DNA of 32,000 nucleotides from assembly GCA_951812855.1 (NCBI GenBank), contig OX638337.1, forward strand, positions 1,080,001 to 1,112,000. The letters are read 5' to 3'. Numbering within the stretch: position 1 is the first letter of the stretch; each line of letters begins with the position of its first letter. Shown one piece after another: positions 26,228 to 32,000 of this stretch. The stretch comes from an uncultured Lentisphaeria bacterium. GTDB taxonomy: Bacteria; Verrucomicrobiota; Lentisphaeria; JABSQK01; JAJFLO01. The translations under genes were made by a program, and so were the position numbers. Below the pieces are notes generated by a model. The model saw nothing but the letters and a program-made list of their open reading frames with translations, ran no database searches and had not been told where the DNA came from.

Positions 26228-28534
26228 ATGAGCTCGAAGAGAATGTATAAACATCATTTTTTATTTCGTCTAATCCTTCCATACATTTTTATATTCCCTG
26301 TATTGATTTTGTCATTATCTAATTTAAATGCTGCACTTCCTGACAGCCTGGAAGTAAGCGCCGATGAACTGTCATTCTCACAAGATGATAATATTTTCAT
26401 TGGCAGGGGCAATGTCCGAATTGTTCATGAAGACATCATTATCTTAACAGAAGAAATTCAGATAAATACAACAACCCTGGATGTTATATCAAGAGGAAAT
26501 ACGCAGTTTCAGCAGGGAGAATTTATCTGGGATGGAAATGGTGTTAGCGGAAATTTGAATACCAACACATTTGAGCTGGGTCAGTATACGACTAAATTCT
26601 TACCATGGTTTGGGAGTGGTTCGCACATCAATATCGATCAATCCCGTACTGTTGAAGGAAAAAATATCAAACTCTCAACATGTGAATTTTTACATGATGA
26701 TAAAGCACATTGGTGTATGGAAGCAGAGAAAATTGTGTACCTTCCAGATGGAAAATTCAAAGCCTTTAATGTGATACACAAAATTGGTATTCTTCCCATA
26801 TTTTATTCGCCCGTTATTTCAGGAAAAACAAATCAAACTTCTGGTAATTTTCACTCATCAACCGGATACAAAAGTGATTTCGGAGCCATTCTTACGATAG
26901 CAGGAGACTGGGAAGTCAAGAAAAATTTTAAAACACAATTTGGATCGGCCTATCACAGTAAGAGAGGTACAGCTTTCTTTAACAATTCTAATATTTCAAC
27001 ACAATTTGGATTAACAGATATTCTGCTATATGGGATGCATGACAATGATCCTTTATTTGATTCAAAAATCGCCGGCAACAAATTTAACGGTCGATTTCAA
27101 AGTACAACAAACCGATATCGGATGAAACTGCAACATCAGTCATCATTTAAGAACAACATTAAATTTATGGTAGATGCTGATTATTTAAGTGATTATGATT
27201 TTCTACTCGAATTCTACAAACGTGAATTTTATAAAAACGCTCAACCCACAAGTTTTTTGGAACTGGGCTACTACACTGATAATGCTGAAATATCGGTAAA
27301 TTATCGTCCTCGGTTAAACGATTTTGAATCCGTAGTTGAACGCATACCCGAATTACGTTTTGATCTCCCACGACAGCAAATAGCAAATTCAAGTCTTTAT
27401 TACAAAGGAGAATCGTCATTTGCTAAACTTAAAATGAATTGGCGTGAATATGATCTATTACGCAATGGAGGTCTTGCCGAATTAAGAGATTATGAAACAC
27501 AACGATTTGATAGTCTTAATTTACTTTACATCCCGTTTAAACTGAAATTTATCAACATTGTTCCTCGTCTCGGTACACGGGTCACATTTTACTCGGATAG
27601 CAGTAAAGTTGATGTAACTCAAAGTCAGCTGGACAAAAACTTTCTCATAGATGATCCTAAAGCCACGAGAAATGACCCCTTCAATGCAACGAATTACGAT
27701 AATAAGGGGGGCGAACAATCACGCTTTGCATATGAAATCGGTTTGGAAGCGTCCCTAAAAATTGCCAGTGACTGGAAGCAGAATGAATCGAACGAAGAGA
27801 ATCTGAATTTTAAACGGCACATTATACAACCATTTTTAAATTACACGTTTATTCCCAGAATAAATGTAGACAAAGATAATTTATTCTTTTTCGACGAAAT
27901 TGACCGAATAGAGAAAACAAATTTTATCCGACTTGGTACCCGTCATTATTTCCAGAAAAAATTTAATACCCGTATTTCAAATGTTTCAAGAATGGAAAAC
28001 TTTTTGGATATTTATTTTTCACCGGAAGACAATGCGAATAAACCGGGCGATTTTGGAACGGTAATAGAAATCTTCCCAACTGATTCACTGTCATTATGGT
28101 CAAAAATTCTATTCGATACAAATCGCGGTGATGTTAACATTATCAATGTTGGAAGTACAATGGAATCAGCAAAAAGCTCAAAGTTGGATTTCAGTTACTT
28201 GTACAGGCAATCGTTTACATCGAGATATAACTACTCTATGGGCAGCGAATTAACGCAAATTCAAACACCAAACTTCATGCCGACTTCATTTTTCACAAAT
28301 CATAGCCTTCACGTAAATTACACAAAGGACCTGAACTCAAAAACTTCATTTAGAGTCCGGTATTTTTTCGATCTGGAACGAGAAGCTGCCGCAAGACAAA
28401 CCTATGAAATTACACGTGATTTACATTGTTGGGTTGGTTCACTCGGTCTTGAGCAAAATGGGGATGATTTTGCTGTTTATTTATTATTTTACCTAAAAGA
28501 TTTTCCAAAATTTAAAATTGATTTTGGTTCTTAA
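26228..28534 (+). CDS. lptD: LPS-assembly outer-membrane protein LptD (OstA family)
   Basis: 768 aa with a signal peptide, an OstA-like N-domain (LEVSADELSFSQDDNIFIGRGNVRIVHEDIIILTEEIQIN), KLSTCEF...HWCMEAEKIVY, GILPIFYSPV, and a long C-terminal barrel. Confidence 0.8.
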   Translation: MSSKRMYKHHFLFRLILPYIFIFPVLILSLSNLNAALPDSLEVSADELSFSQDDNIFIGRGNVRIVHEDIIILTEEIQINTTTLDVISRGNTQFQQGEFIWDGNGVSGNLNTNTFELGQYTTKFLPWFGSGSHINIDQSRTVEGKNIKLSTCEFLHDDKAHWCMEAEKIVYLPDGKFKAFNVIHKIGILPIFYSPVISGKTNQTSGNFHSSTGYKSDFGAILTIAGDWEVKKNFKTQFGSAYHSKRGTAFFNNSNISTQFGLTDILLYGMHDNDPLFDSKIAGNKFNGRFQSTTNRYRMKLQHQSSFKNNIKFMVDADYLSDYDFLLEFYKREFYKNAQPTSFLELGYYTDNAEISVNYRPRLNDFESVVERIPELRFDLPRQQIANSSLYYKGESSFAKLKMNWREYDLLRNGGLAELRDYETQRFDSLNLLYIPFKLKFINIVPRLGTRVTFYSDSSKVDVTQSQLDKNFLIDDPKATRNDPFNATNYDNKGGEQSRFAYEIGLEASLKIASDWKQNESNEENLNFKRHIIQPFLNYTFIPRINVDKDNLFFFDEIDRIEKTNFIRLGTRHYFQKKFNTRISNVSRMENFLDIYFSPEDNANKPGDFGTVIEIFPTDSLSLWSKILFDTNRGDVNIINVGSTMESAKSSKLDFSYLYRQSFTSRYNYSMGSELTQIQTPNFMPTSFFTNHSLHVNYTKDLNSKTSFRVRYFFDLEREAAARQTYEITRDLHCWVGSLGLEQNGDDFAVYLLFYLKDFPKFKIDFGS

Positions 28535-28628
28535 AATATTTTTGAATTTAAAAAGACATTCAGGTTTGAGAGTAAAATATAGGAGAAAATGAAATCACGG
28601 GATATTTCTAAACACCCTACACTTCTAA

Positions 28629-28850
28629 TCATAAAGAAATTATTTTTATAATGAGTAGACTTGCGAGTACCAGCAATAACACGCACCAAATTCCACTGCC
28701 GGGTGATGGTCCTGCCTTAGACTCTTTTGATTTTGGTTTTATACCTGGATTTACCGATTTGGATACAGAAATCACCGGTGCAGTCCCTAACTTCTTTAAT
28801 CCTTTTTTAGGTTTAGGCTCGGAGTCCGTTTCACTATTATGTTCGTCCAA
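28629..28850 (-). CDS. Small tail-anchored membrane protein with a Lys/Pro/Ser-rich N-terminal region
   Basis: 73 aa. GGAGAG lies 5 nt upstream of the TTG start. It has a C-terminal TM (IWCVLLLVLASLLIIKII), is co-directional with the TPR gene and lies 52 nt downstream of it. Confidence 0.5.
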   Translation of the reverse strand: MDEHNSETDSEPKPKKGLKKLGTAPVISVSKSVNPGIKPKSKESKAGPSPGSGIWCVLLLVLASLLIIKIISL

Positions 28851-28902
28851 AATTACTCTCCATAGTATTAATTGAAATACAGACCGTCAATGTGATCAGT
28901 CC

Positions 28903-31518
28903 TTATTTTGTATTACTCTTCTTTTCTTCAACGGATTTGCTGCTAAATATCTCCTTATATGTGTTGTTGAATTTATATTCATTCATATGCGACGGATATC
29001 TCTGGTTTAAATCGCTTAAAACTTCATTCATCTCCTTGAAACGACCTAGTTTATGCAATATCTTCACTGATAGTATCATGGATTTTGGTACAGACGTGCG
29101 ATTATCAAATAATACAAAAACACTCATTGCATAACGCAGTGCATTCTCCATATCCTTATTATTATAGTAAATAGATGCTAATCCATATCGACATCTTGAT
29201 CTGGCAGTTGAATCACTAAAGTCCAGGTTCAATGCCTCTTCGAATAAAATTAATGCTTCATCAGGTTTTTTGAGATATAGAAGAGTTTCTCCTAAATATG
29301 ATAAACAGACCCCGTAAATTTCTGATTCATCTTTGGATCTTTGTTTTAATTCATAGAATAAATCTTTAGATTTTGTATAATTACCTTTCGCAAATTCGAT
29401 TTCCGCAATACCCAAAGCACCCTGAAGATTGGTGATATAATCGGTCGAATACTCTAATAAAAGAAAACACTTTTCCGCATCTTTATAATGATTCATTTTT
29501 ATGAATTCATATCCAACTTCTTTGATAAGGTCAACGGCTAAATTTTCTTCGATAATTTTATTCTTTCTTAATAATTCTGAAAATAGACTTAAAGATTCGT
29601 TTTTTCTCTGTCTTATCCATAGAGAATAGGCTAAATAGAGTTTAGCAATTTCAAGCTCTTCTATTTGGGTATGGTTTACAACATACTGTAAATCGAAAAT
29701 TGCATCGTCAATATTCTCCAGATAGTAATGCAGGGTTCCTCGTAAATAATGTGCCTGACCAAGTCGATTGTCATCGGGATAATTTTTAATTAAACGGTCA
29801 AGAAGAAGGATTGCATCTTTTTCTGTGTTTTGACGTATATTAATTTCAGTCATTTTTAATAGGATTTCAGGAACAATTAATTTAGGTAAATTCAGTGACA
29901 ACAGCGATTCGCAGAGAGCATACGCCTCACCATAATCATTCCCTAAAATTTCACAATCTGCAGCATTCATCAAGAATTTAATTCGGCTACTCTTACTCGC
30001 ATCTTTTGCAAGATTTTCGTATATTAATGCGGCTTGCTTAAATTTTCCCAACGATGTAAACAATTTTGCTAAATGCAGTAATGATTCTTTATTCTCTGAC
30101 AATTTATCTTTATAAGAAATCGATATGCGATGTAATAGCGACAGGGCTTTTTCCATTTTACCACCTGAGATAAACGCTTGACATTGAAGAAATAATACAT
30201 TTATCGTCAGATCATTTTCTGGAAACTCATTCTCAAATGAATTCGCACGTACTGTTAATTCATCGTACCTGCCCATCTCAAATAAACAATCAATAGCATA
30301 GTAATACGAAAAAAGCCTATAGGTACTGTCATCAAAATTATCTACAATTTCGATGAAATCTGTTAATGCTGAACTAAACCGGTCCAATTGTTTTAAGGAC
30401 AGTCCACGAAGGTAGATTAATTCATCATTACTTTCAGAAAACAGCGTATTATATTCTATAGACAATTCGATTAATTTTTTATATTGTTTAAGATTTAATA
30501 ATATCCACGCCTGACCCGCCAGGGCATTTTGTGCAAATTTACTTCCGGGATAGTTTTTAAGTAACTTGTCATAGTAAAATATTGCATTTTCTTTTGCTCC
30601 TTTAACATTTTCTAATTCACCGAGCTGAAATAATGCTTCTTCTTTTACTGAATCCGGCAAACTGTCTGAATTATCGAGGCGTTTTAAATACTCCAATGAT
30701 TTATTAAATTTACCAAGGTCCTTATAAATTTTCGCAAGGTTTAAAACTGCATAAGGGCGATAAATACAGCTATCCGAAAAAGGCTTGTCTGCAAGGGTTA
30801 GAAAATGGATAATAGATTGCTGTTGATTCCCTGTTGAATTATTTATCACAGCAAGATAATAATTTGCGGTTTCTGAAATTTTTTCATCAACTCCGGTGCG
30901 TTTAATAAGAAGGGTCAATTCTTTTTTCGCTTCTTTCATTTTACCCAATTCCATATAAGTATTCGCAATAATAATTGCTGCTTTTTGGGAATATGGGTGG
31001 TTTGGGTATTTGATCTTCAATTGTGATAATGTTTCAACACTCTCATTCAGTTTCTGAGCCTGTCTCAAGCAGTCACCTAATTTAAATAATATGTCCGGCT
31101 TTAACTCGGGTGAATGATTCTCTTCTAATAATTTTAGAAACTCTTTTTCTGCCATGTCAAAATATCTGCGCCGAATTAATCCATCCGCAAATTTGAAACG
31201 TTCGAAAACATTTTTATGATTTTGCTTTTTAGTAGAAGATTCATCTAATGAATTTGAAGCTCCTAAACAAATTGTGGAAAAGGAAAAAGAGAATACAATT
31301 ATCAAAAAAGGTATGTGTTTACAGGATCTAATGAAAGATATTGGTAAAACCGAACGTAAACACTGAAGATCTGGCTCTGCAGTAAAAACCTGTAGAAAAG
31401 AAGAGGTACCTAAATTACCGGTCAGAGTATGGTAAAGATATAAGAAAAGGGTTCTGACAGTTGTCATAGAATAAGAAAATTTCAGCATTGAGCGTATTGA
31501 AATTAAACAACGTTTCAA
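28903..31518 (-). CDS. Large tetratricopeptide-repeat (TPR) protein, probably exported
   Basis: The roughly 780 residues after a signal-like segment (IPFLIIVFSFSFSTICLGAS) are almost entirely 34-residue TPR-like units (repeated A..Y..G/A..Y..A...F/L...P patterns). The true start is uncertain, because the signal-like segment lies about 70 codons into the longest ORF. Confidence 0.75.
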   Translation of the reverse strand: MKRCLISIRSMLKFSYSMTTVRTLFLYLYHTLTGNLGTSSFLQVFTAEPDLQCLRSVLPISFIRSCKHIPFLIIVFSFSFSTICLGASNSLDESSTKKQNHKNVFERFKFADGLIRRRYFDMAEKEFLKLLEENHSPELKPDILFKLGDCLRQAQKLNESVETLSQLKIKYPNHPYSQKAAIIIANTYMELGKMKEAKKELTLLIKRTGVDEKISETANYYLAVINNSTGNQQQSIIHFLTLADKPFSDSCIYRPYAVLNLAKIYKDLGKFNKSLEYLKRLDNSDSLPDSVKEEALFQLGELENVKGAKENAIFYYDKLLKNYPGSKFAQNALAGQAWILLNLKQYKKLIELSIEYNTLFSESNDELIYLRGLSLKQLDRFSSALTDFIEIVDNFDDSTYRLFSYYYAIDCLFEMGRYDELTVRANSFENEFPENDLTINVLFLQCQAFISGGKMEKALSLLHRISISYKDKLSENKESLLHLAKLFTSLGKFKQAALIYENLAKDASKSSRIKFLMNAADCEILGNDYGEAYALCESLLSLNLPKLIVPEILLKMTEINIRQNTEKDAILLLDRLIKNYPDDNRLGQAHYLRGTLHYYLENIDDAIFDLQYVVNHTQIEELEIAKLYLAYSLWIRQRKNESLSLFSELLRKNKIIEENLAVDLIKEVGYEFIKMNHYKDAEKCFLLLEYSTDYITNLQGALGIAEIEFAKGNYTKSKDLFYELKQRSKDESEIYGVCLSYLGETLLYLKKPDEALILFEEALNLDFSDSTARSRCRYGLASIYYNNKDMENALRYAMSVFVLFDNRTSVPKSMILSVKILHKLGRFKEMNEVLSDLNQRYPSHMNEYKFNNTYKEIFSSKSVEEKKSNTK

Positions 31519-31571
31519 GTGAATTCGTGATTAATTTAATTCATATGCATTTCACGAAAAATCGGAAAAAA

Positions 31572-31997
31572 CTAGTGCTGTGAGTTTCCCGGGGAAAGGG
31601 TAGCAAATGAAATATTCCAGATATCTACTTTCCGACAAATATCGATGACAGTAATCACATTTTCATAATCGGTTTCTTTATCACCACGAATGATTACAGG
31701 ATGCCCCTTAAATGTCTCTGCAATTTGACCAAGTAAATCCTGAAGCTTTTCTGGCGTAAAGGACATTGAGTTTATATAGATGTTCCCATCTTTATCAAGA
31801 TTTATTATGATTTCACCCGGTGTTCGACTCGCATCCACTCCAGAGTCTGCGGTTGGAACATTAATCCCGATTTTCGACTCCCATTGGGCATAAATTGATG
31901 CAACCATAAAAAATATCAAAAGTAAAAATACAATATCAATCATTGGCGCCATTTGAAAACCAGGTGATTCCGATTTAAATCCCTTTCGAAAATTCAT
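31572..31997 (-). CDS. exbD: ExbD/TolR family protein
   Basis: 141 aa with a TM carrying the conserved Asp (MAPMIDIVFLLLIFFMV) and the periplasmic IIRGDKETDYENVITVID. An upstream partner, presumably exbB, would lie beyond the window edge. Confidence 0.85.
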   Translation of the reverse strand: MNFRKGFKSESPGFQMAPMIDIVFLLLIFFMVASIYAQWESKIGINVPTADSGVDASRTPGEIIINLDKDGNIYINSMSFTPEKLQDLLGQIAETFKGHPVIIRGDKETDYENVITVIDICRKVDIWNISFATLSPGNSQH

Positions 31998-32000
31998 AAT

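Noticed and set aside
28651-28875. A 74-aa + strand ORF overlapping the 73-aa minus-strand ORF
   Set aside because: It has no ribosome-binding site and no TM or other motif. The minus-strand ORF has a GGAGAG site, a clean C-terminal TM, and is co-oriented with the TPR operon.
1-32000. A search for CRISPR arrays, tRNA or rRNA genes, and defence-system hallmarks (nucleases, helicases, reverse transcriptases, toxin-antitoxin pairs)
   Set aside because: By eye I found no regularly spaced direct repeats, no tRNA-like T-arm strings in the intergenic regions, and no ORF with such motifs.

Overview
This is an AT-rich segment of a diderm (Gram-negative type) chromosome. Typical coding lines hand-count at about 20/60 G+C. 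I cannot assign taxonomy from the sequence alone. Most of the window is tightly packed housekeeping and envelope genes: a GspE/PilB ATPase 3' end, guaA, yggS, a DUF721/DciA-like gene, a BioD-like/DRTGG protein coupled to birA, an Lrp/AsnC regulator with an aminotransferase, argG with a LysM protein, gcvH and lptD. Three things stand out. (1) Three separate ExbB/ExbD-type proton-motive-force modules have different partners. Module 1 (2.2-4.2 kb) is ExbB-ExbD-TonB-like-TM/zinc-ribbon, coupled directly to guaA. Module 2 (23.2-25.1 kb) is TolQ/TolR/TolA-like, lacks TolB/Pal and sits divergent from a second zinc-ribbon/TM protein. Module 3 (28.6-32.0 kb) is ExbD, an 871-aa TPR protein and a 73-aa tail-anchored Lys/Pro-rich peptide, lying next to lptD. 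(2) An exopolysaccharide export locus (9.9-17.4 kb) is visibly decaying. Its outer-membrane barrel gene is intact, but the Wza-type gene needs at least 5 frame changes and the Wzc-type BY-kinase gene is in 4 pieces. These are followed by two nested transposase wrecks (IS4/IS5-like and IS256-like) and the N-terminal half of a glycosyltransferase. Several of the frameshifts sit in homopolymer tracts (G9, T6, A8). (3) Inside the transposase debris are two G+C-rich blocks with no protein-like frame and a roughly 90-nt imperfect palindrome, all of unknown function. I found no rRNA, tRNA or CRISPR array. All calls are by-eye motif recognition and nothing was searched against a database.
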